A stretch of DNA of 63,565 nt, filler included, from Octopus bimaculoides (lineage: Eukaryota), in the NCBI RefSeq assembly GCF_001194135.2. It is 7 parts of 6 records of this genome, joined end to end, with 100 filler letters (N's around TTAATTAATTAA, not from the genome) between each part and the next. Parts side by side here need not be neighbours in the genome. Positions count along the whole stretch, not along the records: positions 1 to 3,480 come from NC_068985.1; positions 3,581 to 5,565 come from NW_026346742.1; positions 5,666 to 35,202 come from NC_068997.1; 4 more parts are not named here. One strand, 5' to 3'. The notes under the pieces are model-generated. The model was not told the DNA's origin. It searched no databases and was given only the letters and a program-made list of their open reading frames with translations. Below, piece by piece: positions 1 to 9,466 of the stretch (the stretch's first letter is position 1; each line of letters opens with the position of its first letter). Position numbers and translations under genes: made by a program.

Positions 1-39
<39 letters not shown>
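1..39. repeat. (AT)n microsatellite
   Basis: Pure AT dinucleotide run. Confidence 0.95.
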
Positions 40-42
<3 letters not shown>

Positions 43-430
43 TACGTATCAGTTAGAGGGTTTTAATACCTCTAAGGGATAATTGAACTCGAAGTCGCTC
101 CTGGTTATTACCTGGGTAGGTATAGTCTTTTGTAAGGTTGTACAGTAGCAGGTAGCTCGGTTGGTAGACCGTAGTTTAGGTTATATACGAGAAGAAAATG
201 GATGCAAATAAGAAGGGGAGGCTCGTGGTTTTCATTGGTATGCCTTTAATTTAATTAGATAACAAAGGAAGAAGTTATAGATGAAGGTAGCATTTACGAT
301 CGTTTCAATTTATTAGTTTGAGTAAATCTCTTCGGAATGCGAATATATTTATAGATGCATCGGTTAGGATGCAAAAATAATTGATACATATGTGATGGTA
401 ATATAAACAAAGGTAGTAAATCTTACTTAT
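40..430 (-). mobile_element. Non-coding PLE-LTR-like repeat carrying a hammerhead-like motif, inserted in (AT)n
   Basis: Flanked by AT repeats on both sides and contains the hammerhead-like fold at 290-340. The family assignment is an inference. Confidence 0.45.
290..340 (-). ncRNA. Type I minimal hammerhead-ribozyme-like motif (U4C core variant)
   Basis: Minus strand GCAUU-CCGAAGA-GAUUUA(10-nt loop)UAAAUU-GAAA-CGAUCG-UA-AAUGC. Stem I is 5 bp, stem II 6 bp, stem III is the palindrome ACGAUCGU, and the cleavage triplet is GUA. Confidence 0.6.
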
Positions 431-469
431 TATATATATTAATATATATATTTTTACATCTATCACCAC

Positions 470-549
470 ATTTTGGTCACCCCATTATCATCCCACTTTT
501 CTTCAACACCCCCTGGATCTTTTAGTACTGCCCACTTTGGGAACCACTG
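470..549 (-). mobile_element. Possible hAT/Charlie-type MITE terminus
   Basis: Minus strand begins CAGTGGTTCCCAAAGTGGG, a typical Charlie-like TIR. The second TIR was not found. Confidence 0.35.
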
Positions 550-601
550 TAACTAAACGAAAGGCACACAGTCTCATTGGATAATATAATCCCAGATATA
601 C

Positions 602-946
602 TGGATGGTCACAACTGGAACCACTTTGATCAACACTTTGGTGTATTTAGTCTCAGACTGACTTTTATTGCATGGTTACAGCCGAAATCGGAATGGTTTT
701 GATCAGCAAGTTGGAGATGCTTAGTCCCAGATTAACCTTGAATGGATGGTCACCGATGGAACGTCTTTGATCAACAAGTTGTTGATGTTTAATCCCAGTT
801 TAATCCTTAATGGATGGTCACAATTGGAGTGTCTTTCATCAACACGTAGTTGGCTCTTAATTCCAGGTCAGCCCTCACTGGATGGTCGCATTTGGAAATT
901 CTTTCATAAGCACATTGTTGGTATTTAGTCCCATATCAACTTTTAG
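602..946. repeat. Diverged ~68-bp tandem repeat, 5 units
   Basis: Units begin TGGATGGTCAC-like at 602, 669, 743, 811 and 879; each contains CTTTGATCAAC-like and TTAGTCCCAG-like motifs. Confidence 0.8.
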
Positions 947-2283
947 CAGAAACAATTCTGAATTAGATGAAAGAGAAACATAACTGTAAAAAAAAGAGGA
1001 AAAAAAAAAAGAACGAAAAGAAAAAGAGCTGATATCATTTCACGGTCGTTAAACTACCAGCAGAAATAGAAAGTTCTAGATAAAATGTTTTATTAGCATC
1101 TAGTGGGGATTAAAATACAGTTGAGTTCAAATTAACAGAACTCTCTATTACTCGACATTCTAGTTTATACGAGATAACCACGTGACCTGAGCTATTTTAT
1201 TATAGACTTAACACGTCCTTGCTATTTATACTATTGAAATATCAAATATCTTTGAAAATAGTTACGAATATGTTTCTGTAAAAATATCTTTTACAATATA
1301 GCTATTTGCATAATCCGGTAAACACAAACGCGACAGTATAATATTCAAAGAGCCATGCGCATATCATACGTCATACATTCATACGTACATGCATACATAC
1401 ATACATATATACATACANNNNNNNNNNNNNNNNNNNNNNNNNNNNNNNNNNNNNNNNNNNNNNNNNNNNNNNNNNNNNNNNNNNNNNNNNNNNNNNNNNN
1501 NNNNNNNNNNNNNNNNNNNNNNNNNNNNNNNNNNNNNNNNNNNNNNNNNNNNNNNNNNNNNNNNNNNNNNNNNNNNNNNNNNNNNNNNNNNNNNNNNNNN
1601 NNNNNNNNNNNNNNNNNNNNNNNNNNNNNNNNNNNNNNNNNNNNNNNNNNNNNNNNNNNNNNNNNNNNNNNNNNNNNNNNNNNNNNNNNNNNNNNNNNNN
1701 NNNNNNNNNNNNNNNNNNNNNNNNNNNNNNNNNNNNNNNNNNNNNNNNNNNNNNNNNNNNNNNNNNNNNNNNNNNNNNNNNNNNNNNNNNNNNNNNNNNN
1801 NNNNNNNNNNNNNNNNNNNNNNNNNNNNNNNNNNNNNNNNNNNNNNNNNNNNNNNNNNNNNNNNNNNNNNNNNNNNNNNNNNNNNNNNNNNNNNNNNNNN
1901 NNNNNNNNNNNNNNNNNNNNNNNNNNNNNNNNNNNNNNNNNNNNNNNNNNNNNNNNNNNNNNNNNNNNNNNNNNNNNNNNNNNNNNNNNNNNNNNNNNNN
2001 NNNNNNNNNNNNNNNNNNNNNNNNNNNNNNNNNNNNNNNNNNNNNNNNNNNNNNNNNNNNNNNNNNNNNNNNNNNNNNNNNNNNNNNNNNNNNNNNNNNN
2101 NNNNNNNNNNNNNNNNNNNNNNNNNNNNNNNNNNNNNNNNNNNNNNNNNNNNNNNNNNNNNNNNNNNNNNNNNNNNNNNNNNNNNNNNNNNNNNNNNNNN
2201 NNNNNNNNNNNNNNNNNNNNNNNNNNNNNNNNNNNNNNNNNNNNNNNNNNNNNNNNNNNNNNNNNNNNNNNNNNNNNNNNNNN

Positions 2284-2314
<31 letters not shown>

Positions 2315-2320
2315 GTAGTA

Positions 2321-2400
2321 GGCGCAGGCGTGGCTGTGTGGGAAGAAGTTTGATTACCAACCGCGTGGTTCTGGGTGCGGTCCCAATTCGTAGCACCTTC
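2321..2400 (+). mobile_element. tRNA-derived SINE family A, 5' head fragment
   Basis: GGCGCAGGCGTGGCTGTGTGG head, matching the fuller copy at 33926. Confidence 0.75.
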
Positions 2401-2629
2401 GGTTGTCAAGCGGTGGTGGGGGATAATCACAGATACACACACGCACACAGAAACACACACGCGCACACACACACGCACACACACACACACACACATGTAA
2501 AGCCTTCTGTAACCTCGGGTCGGCCCGAGGCTAAAGTAGAAAGCACTTGCCCAATGTGCCATGCAGCGGGACTGAACCTTGAATCATGTGATCAGGAAGC
2601 AAACTTCTTTCTGCAAAGCCACGCCTCCA
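2400..2629 (-). mobile_element. SINE family A, head and middle, inverted relative to 2321-2400
   Basis: Reverse complement matches the head (GGTTCAGTCCC B-box region) and the CGCTTGACAACC middle segment. Confidence 0.75.
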
Positions 2630-3104
2630 CCAACTATACAGATGGCGCTTCTGTTCTTTTCCTTAGCGTTGCCTTATCTCTATTATCTACCATTTCTTTG
2701 ATACTCGATATTATTCCGCACTCGCCTCGCCATTAACCGATCACCTTTTTGGTGTTATTGTCGATGAATATGGAACATGCATTGGAACTGAACCCAGGAC
2801 CATGTGACAGGAAAACAAAACTCTAACCACGCATCCACACCTGGCTCTATAAGTTTGAATTATTCAGAGGTAAGCAATGATCTCTTCTAAGAACCACTCT
2901 TCCACAAGTAAAGAATAGTTGCAAGATTTCCCAGAAATGGCCTCTCTTGAAAGAAGTGCCTCCTCGAACATCCATATTACCGAACTACCTTCGTTCTTGT
3001 TGGTTTTATGATGAAATACGATCGTAATTCTTTCAAATCTTGTGTTGATCTTAAGGTAATTTCTCATCAGACTTCTAACTTTCTACCCCCGCTCCCAAAC
3101 ATAA

Positions 3105-3273
3105 TCCAGTCGATTAGAACGACCCCAGTACGCAACTGGTACTTAATTCATCGACCCCGAAAGGATGAAAGGCAAAGTCGACCACGGTGGAATTTGAACT
3201 CAGAACGTAAAGACAGACAAAATACCGCTAAGCATTTCGTCCGGCGTGCTAACGTCTCTGCCAGCTCGCCACC
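3105..3273 (-). mobile_element. tRNA-derived SINE family B
   Basis: Reverse complement of GGCGAGCTGGCAGA...GAGTTCAAATTCC...GTCGACTTTGCCTTTCATCC...AAGTACCAGTT. Confidence 0.85.
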
Positions 3274-3524
3274 TTACAACAACAATATATTATGAAAACG
3301 ATTGACATTCAGGAATTATGGACGTTTCTTCTGAAGAGATTTCAACGTCTGGTAAATTTAGAACGTCTGTAAATATAAAATGAGTTAATTGCATAATTAA
3401 GATAATAAATGAGCGTATTTTCTCGTATGGTATTATTAATAATCTTTTCTTAATACTATTAATGATTGTATTTATTTAGTNNNNNNNNNNNNNNNNNNNN
3501 NNNNNNNNNNNNNNNNNNNNNNNN

Positions 3525-3536
3525 TTAATTAATTAA
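3525..3536. other. Assembly linker TTAATTAATTAA inside a 100-bp gap (44N + 12 + 44N)
   Basis: The same construct recurs at 5610, 35247, 48796, 56521 and 61982. It has stop codons in all six frames and is not biological. Confidence 0.9.
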
Positions 3537-3580
3537 NNNNNNNNNNNNNNNNNNNNNNNNNNNNNNNNNNNNNNNNNNNN

Positions 3581-3622
<42 letters not shown>

Positions 3623-3832
3623 AATCTCTCACTTTCTTTGGGCATATACACATGTATATACTATTATATATCTGTATATGTGTGTGTGCATGTGTGCGTG
3701 TATGTATGTATGTATCTATCTGTGTTTTAGATAGATAAATTGGTATAGATATGCATACACATATATATACATACATATATGCATATATATGTATATATAT
3801 TATATATATATCTATATATGTGTGTGCATAAG

Positions 3833-3985
3833 TGTGTCCCCGTAACTTAGCGGTTTGGCAAAAATGACCGATAGAATACATACTAGGCTTACAACGAATA
3901 AGTGCTCGGGTTGATTTGCTTGACTAAAGGTGGTGCTCCAGCATGGCGCAGTCAAATGACTGAAATAAGTAAAAGAATAAGAATA
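3833..3985 (+). mobile_element. SINE family A, 3' portion
   Basis: CCCCGTAACTTAGCGG...GGTGGTGCTCCAGCATGG...CAGTCAAATGACTGAAA tail. Confidence 0.8.
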
Positions 3986-4011
3986 TCTATCTATCTATCT
4001 ATCTACTTATA

Positions 4012-4285
4012 TATATGGTACATTATTTACATTATTTACATTTGACGGATATTTGTCCTCATCTTGTTTGTTGTTAACACAATGTTTCAGCTGATATACC
4101 CTCCAGCCTTCATCAGGTGTCTTGGGGAAATTTCGAACCTGGGTTCTCAATCCTAAAGTATTTTACGATGTTCTTCTTTTTATATTATTATTCAGGTCAC
4201 TGCTTGGAATCGAACTCAGAATCTTGGAGTTAGTAGCCCGCGCTCTTTGACCACTACGCCATTATGCCCACGGGCATGGTGTGCC
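4012..4285 (-). mobile_element. tRNA-headed SINE-like element with an internal hammerhead-like motif
   Basis: Minus strand TGGCGTAGTGG (A box) and GAGTTCGATTCC (B box) at ~4196-4265, hammerhead-like motif at 4076-4121, then a short ATGTAAATA repeat tail. Confidence 0.7.
4076..4121 (-). ncRNA. Minimal type I hammerhead-like motif
   Basis: GACAC-CUGAUGA-A-GGCUG(10-nt loop)CAGCU-GAAA-C-AUU-GUGUU. The core is intact and stem I is GACAC/GUGUU; stem III ACAU deviates from the ACGU palindrome, consistent with CpG decay. Confidence 0.6.
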
Positions 4286-5116
4286 GCAGTGTAACCTGAA
4301 TATAATCTTTTTCCCTATACTTTTAGTTATATTTTCANNNNNNNNNNNNNNNNNNNNNNNNNNNNNNNNNNNNNNNNNNNNNNNNNNNNNNNNNNNNNNN
4401 NNNNNNNNNNNNNNNNNNNNNNNNNNNNNNNNNNNNNNNNNNNNNNNNNNNNNNNNNNNNNNNNNNNNNNNNNNNNNNNNNNNNNNNNNNNNNNNNNNNN
4501 NNNNNNNNNNNNNNNNNNNNNNNNNNNNNNNNNNNNNNNNNNNNNNNNNNNNNNNNNNNNNNNNNNNNNNNNNNNNNNNNNNNNNNNNNNNNNNNNNNNN
4601 NNNNNNNNNNNNNNNNNNNNNNNNNNNNNNNNNNNNNNNNNNNNNNNNNNNNNNNNNNNNNNNNNNNNNNNNNNNNNNNNNNNNNNNNNNNNNNNNNNNN
4701 NNNNNNNNNNNNNNNNNNNNNNNNNNNNNNNNNNNNNNNNNNNNNNNNNNNNNNNNNNNNNNNNNNNNNNNNNNNNNNNNNNNNNNNNNNNNNNNNNNNN
4801 NNNNNNNNNNNNNNNNNNNNNNNNNNNNNNNNNNNNNNNNNNNNNNNNNNNNNNNNNNNNNNNNNNNNNNNNNNNNNNNNNNNNNNNNNNNNNNNNNNNN
4901 NNNNNNNNNNNNNNNNNNNNNNNNNNNNNNNNNNNNNNNNNNNNNNNNNNNNNNNNNNNNNNNNNNNNNNNNNNNNNNNNNNNNNNNNNNNNNNNNNNNN
5001 NNNNNNNNNNNNNNNNNNNNNNNNNNNNNNNNNNNNNNNNNNNNNNNNNNNNNNNNNNNNNNNNNNNNNNNNNNNNNNNNNNNNNNNNNNNNNNNNNNNN
5101 NNNNNNNNNNNNNNNN

Positions 5117-5151
<35 letters not shown>

Positions 5152-5329
5152 CGTGCGTGCGTGTTTGTGTGCGGGTGTGCCTATGATAATGTAGGACTCC
5201 ACATGTTTGTTCTCACGGAAAATAAGGTAAAAAAATAAAACGCAAAACATATTCACACACTCAGAGAAAGCAACGTACAGAACACTTCTATATATATATA
5301 TGCAAAGATATGTATGCGCGCGCGTGTGT

Positions 5330-5566
5330 GTAGGCCTGCCTGTGTGGTGAGAAACTTGCTTCCCAGCCGCATGGTTTCAGGTTCAATCCCACTGCTTCTA
5401 CAATAGCTTCGGACCGACCAAAGCCTCGTGAGTTGATATGGTAGACGGAAACTGAAAGAAGCTCGTCGTATTTATATATATGTATATATCTATGTATGTA
5501 TGTCTTTGTGTCAGTATTTGTTACCCCATCACCGCTTGACAACCAGAGTTGGTATGTTTACATCCN
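5330..5566 (+). mobile_element. SINE family A, head and middle
   Basis: CTGTGTGGTGAGAAACTTGCTTCCCA...GACGGAAACTGAAAGAAG...CGCTTGACAACC. Confidence 0.8.
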
Positions 5567-5665
5567 NNNNNNNNNNNNNNNNNNNNNNNNNNNNNNNNNN
5601 NNNNNNNNNTTAATTAATTAANNNNNNNNNNNNNNNNNNNNNNNNNNNNNNNNNNNNNNNNNNNN

Positions 5666-6107
5666 TTTGTGGTTTCTCCGTTTCCGTGGATTTGGGGATT
5701 AAGATGGTTTTCCCTTTCGTGAGCCATTCAGGCATTGTCTCTGGTCTGCTATTATGTTGTTAAAGTTTTCTGCCAGCTTTTTATGCATTGCTGGCAGGTG
5801 TTTTAACCAGAAATTGGGGATCTTGTCGTGTCCAGGTGCCTTCCAGTTGCTTAGTCTTTGCAGTGTCTGGGTGACCTCTTCAGTTGTTATAGGGGCCCAG
5901 GTTTTTGCATATTACCTAGTGAATATATTATGCAGCTCTATCATGCCTGTTGAGATACTCTGTAGGCGTAAGCAGACTGCACATGGAGACAACATGATCG
6001 ATGGTCTCATTTTGTTGTTGGCATATACGACTATGTTGGCCTGGTAGTTCTTTGTAGGTAGGCATTGATCTTGGGCTGCTTGATAAACCCCTCTGTTTCT
6101 GATTTAC

Positions 6108-6108
<1 letters not shown>
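5666..6108 (-). mobile_element. R4/Dong-like non-LTR retrotransposon fragments in permuted order (zinc-knuckle piece joined to RT N-terminal piece)
   Basis: Minus translation gives KSETEGFI..AAQDQCLPTKNYQANI..CQQQNETIDHVVSMC..LNRHD, then APITTEEVTQTLQRLSNWKAPGHDKIPNFWLK..MPEWLTKGKTILIPK. Confidence 0.75.

Positions 6109-6143
<35 letters not shown>
6109..6143. repeat. (TTA)n microsatellite, tail or target of the R4-like element
   Basis: Pure TTA run directly at the 3' end of the element at 6144-7670. Confidence 0.9.
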
Positions 6144-6144
<1 letters not shown>

Positions 6145-7670
6145 GACGTCGCACAGTATACAATATCGTGAGGTTGTTGGTTGAAGATATTATATCTACA
6201 AGGGGTTTGTAGTGTTTGTCAAGTCAAAATAAAACTTCAGGCAGACAGTACTTTACGCAATATGCATTCAGTTCCAAGTAATGCCGACTTTTGCGGTACA
6301 TCTAGATTGTTTGGTATCTCTAAGGTTTTCAAATGTCTTTTCAGATTGGATGGCATTGAACCCAATGTTCCGATGACAATAGGGATAACTTCTATGTTCG
6401 ACTCTCGTAGCTGCAACATCTTAGCGATCTCAATTCTCAGGTTTCCATATTTATCAACTTTTTCTCTTTCTTTCATGATGATGATATTTTGATCTCCTGG
6501 CACTACTACGTCGATTATTAAGCACTCTTGTTTGTCCCTCGTAAAAGTTACTATATCCGGCCTTCGGCGCTCTAACACTTTACCTGTCTGGAAATAAAAG
6601 TCCCAGAGGATTTTTGCCTTTCCCTTTTGTCCATTACCTTTTCTGGTGTATGTTGATACCAAGCACCCGTCACCTAATATCCATACCTACGACATAGTAG
6701 CCAGTGGAGGTTTTGGGCTACTTTGTCGTGTCAATGCTGGTACTATTTCTGCACAAGACTTTCACTAGCACTAACAATGTGAGTCACACTTTCGACCCTC
6801 TTCCCTCACATTCTTCAGAGGTCCGATGTACTTGTGTGGTATATATTCTTTTTCACTGAGTTGGTAGCCAATGCTTGGTCCTGGGCCGCGAGGATTAGAC
6901 TTTCAGTATTCTTTTTTAGATCACTCTTGCTGAGACACCTCCATGATGCTTCCTTGTCTTTTAATCTGTTGGTTTCACGGTGGAACTAACCATGTAATTC
7001 CATACGGAGTAGGATTTCTTCTCTCTCGTTGTCTGTTCTTGTTCGGAATTCATGAGCACTCTCAAGTCCATTTTTGTTAATTCCTTCTGCACTAGCAGTA
7101 TACTGTAGCAGGTCTTCTTTGGTGTTTACCAAATATTCTGCCATGTTTCTTCTTTCACTGTTAATACACTCCCGTACACTAATCAGCCCACTCCACCCTT
7201 ATCTCTCTTCATGTAGAGCCTGTGTATATTTTCCTTAGGGTGGAGAGCACCATGCATTGTCATTGCCTTTCGGGTAGTGCGATCGAGTTGGTCAATCTCC
7301 GCTTGTGCCCATCTCAGGATGTGCACACTGTAGCGGACTACAGCAACAACCCATATGTTGATGGCAGTCACAAGGTTCCTTGAGATGAGCTTTGATTTCA
7401 AGGAAAGTTTGAGGCGCTTGAAATATACAGTGATGACTTTGTCTTTCATTTCTCTGTGCAAGATATTGTCCAGCTCCAGGATCCTAAGGTACTTGTACCC
7501 ATCATCATCCGGGTCTTCTATTCTCTCTATGTTTGTCAATTCTATACCCCTACAATTTACTCTTTTCCCCTGCTTCAAAGTAAGCACCGCACACTTCAAG
7601 ATACCGAATTCTATCCCTATATCCTTGCTGTACATATGCATAGTCTCATCAAGGATATGTACAATCATTA
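6144..7670 (-). mobile_element. 5'-truncated R4/Dong-like (RLE-type) non-LTR retrotransposon, degenerate
   Basis: RT thumb YKYLRILE..AINIWVVAVVRYS..LYMKRDKGG; TESLILAAQDQ; decayed CCHC and RHD region; restriction-like endonuclease LWDF..RRPDI..IIDVVVPGD..KVDKY..IPIVIGTLG. Multiple stops and frameshifts. Confidence 0.9.
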
Positions 7671-7680
7671 TTATTAAATC

Positions 7681-7836
7681 GGCGAGCTTGCAGAATCGTT
7701 AGCACCCCGGGCGAAATGCTTAGCGGCATTTCGTCCGTCTTCACGTTCTAAGTTCAAATTCCGCCGAGGTCGACTTTGCCATTCATCTTTTAGGGTCAAT
7801 AAATTAAGTTCCATTTGAGTATTGGGGTCGATATAA
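7681..7836 (+). mobile_element. SINE family B
   Basis: GGCGAGCTTGCAGAATCGTTAGC...AGTTCAAATTCCGCCGAGGTCGACTTTGCC. Confidence 0.85.
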
Positions 7837-8009
7837 TCACTTCGAGACTGGTTAACCACTTGTGTGCGTTTGCTGGCCGACTACACTTGTGTCGAGGCTT
7901 GCTACGGAATTTCTATTTGGATATATTTGGGGTACTTTAATGTATTACTGACTTTGCATCTGCTTTTCCGTGGGTATATCTAAGTATTTCATTTATTTTC
8001 ATTTGGTGT

Positions 8010-8070
8010 TCCTCGCTGATGAAGGAAGAATCTTTTTGGATTAATCCAGAAATCGGAACCGATTTGGGGA
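8010..8070 (+). ncRNA. Type I hammerhead-ribozyme-like motif
   Basis: UCCUCG-CUGAUGA-A-GGA..AAUC(UUUUUG)GAUU..UCC-A-GAAA-UCG(GAAC)CGA-UU-UGGGGA. Stem I is 6 bp with two G.U pairs, the core is intact, and the triplet is AUU. Confidence 0.65.
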
Positions 8071-8957
8071 TATCTATATTCTTATGAATTTCTGTNNNNN
8101 NNNNNNNNNNNNNNNNNNNNNNNNNNNNNNNNNNNNNNNNNNNNNNNNNNNNNNNNNNNNNNNNNNNNNNNNNNNNNNNNNNNNNNNNNNNNNNNNNNNN
8201 NNNNNNNNNNNNNNNNNNNNNNNNNNNNNNNNNNNNNNNNNNNNNNNNNNNNNNNNNNNNNNNNNNNNNNNNNNNNNNNNNNNNNNNNNNNNNNNNNNNN
8301 NNNNNNNNNNNNNNNNNNNNNNNNNNNNNNNNNNNNNNNNNNNNNNNNNNNNNNNNNNNNNNNNNNNNNNNNNNNNNNNNNNNNNNNNNNNNNNNNNNNN
8401 NNNNNNNNNNNNNNNNNNNNNNNNNNNNNNNNNNNNNNNNNNNNNNNNNNNNNNNNNNNNNNNNNNNNNNNNNNNNNNNNNNNNNNNNNNNNNNNNNNNN
8501 NNNNNNNNNNNNNNNNNNNNNNNNNNNNNNNNNNNNNNNNNNNNNNNNNNNNNNNNNNNNNNNNNNNNNNNNNNNNNNNNNNNNNNNNNNNNNNNNNNNN
8601 NNNNNNNNNNNNNNNNNNNNNNNNNNNNNNNNNNNNNNNNNNNNNNNNNNNNNNNNNNNNNNNNNNNNNNNNNNNNNNNNNNNNNNNNNNNNNNNNNNNN
8701 NNNNNNNNNNNNNNNNNNNNNNNNNNNNNNNNNNNNNNNNNNNNNNNNNNNNNNNNNNNNNNNNNNNNNNNNNNNNNNNNNNNNNNNNNNNNNNNNNNNN
8801 NNNNNNNNNNNNNNNNNNNNNNNNNNNNNNNNNNNNNNNNNNNNNNNNNNNNNNNNNNNNNNNNNNNNNNNNNNNNNNNNNNNNNNNNNNNNNNNNNNNN
8901 NNNNNNNNNNNNNNNNNNNNNNNNNNNNNNNNNNNNNNNNNNNNNNNNNNNNNNNNT

Positions 8958-9420
8958 CTTCCGATCTGTGCAAAGACAATCCGAATAGAGACAGGAGATT
9001 TAGTGAATTTTGAATCTGATGTCTCGGAGGAGTTCCGCGAACCGGTCAGCCAAGTGGCGTCCATTTGACCGATGTACAGGGGAGGGTAGAAAGAGCAGGA
9101 GATTAGTAAATGATGTTGCTAGAAGTACAGGTAAAGGAGTCGGTGATATGATAGGGATGATGATGGGTGCCAGTGAGGATGGTAGTGTTTGAGAGGTAGG
9201 GGCAAGTGCGGCATCGTGAGCGGGAACAGGAGAACGAGACAGGTTGGGAGTTGAGGTTAGGGAAGAAACTCTAGACCAGGAAGTCACGCAGGTTGTGGGT
9301 TCATTTGAAGGAGGGAAGGGGTGGTTGAGGAAGATGTGCGAAGTGGAGGGGTCGGACTGGATTCGCTTGAAGGCTCAGAGAATGGTGTGTTGGAGGGGTT
9401 GTTGGTGAGTGCAACGGCGG
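8958..9420 (-). mobile_element. Penelope-like element, GIY-YIG endonuclease and linker fragment (degenerate)
   Basis: Minus strand, across frameshifts: AFKRIQSDPSTSHIF..LRDFLV..SCSRSRCRTCPYL..ITDSFTCTSSNIIY..YIGQ.GRHLADRFAE.LRDIR. Confidence 0.85.
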
Positions 9421-9430
9421 TACGGGTGTG

Positions 9431-9466
<36 letters not shown>

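Noticed and set aside
602-946. CRISPR-like repeat-spacer array
   Set aside because: Units are diverged tandem copies with no unique spacers, the context is eukaryotic, and there are no cas genes. The same applies to 22796-23138.
1345-2562. Long ORFs of 150-400 aa in the track (also near 4.3, 8, 9.3, 11, 15.8, 46, 48, 52, 57 and 59 kb)
   Set aside because: They are open only because they run through N gaps.
3325-3372. Hammerhead-like CUGAAGA-GAUUU..AAAUU-AGAAC-GUC
   Set aside because: GAAA is disrupted and stem I does not pair convincingly.
4196-4265. Genuine tRNA genes (here and at other SINE heads)
   Set aside because: A and B boxes are present, but no complete cloverleaf; each continues into a repeated SINE body.
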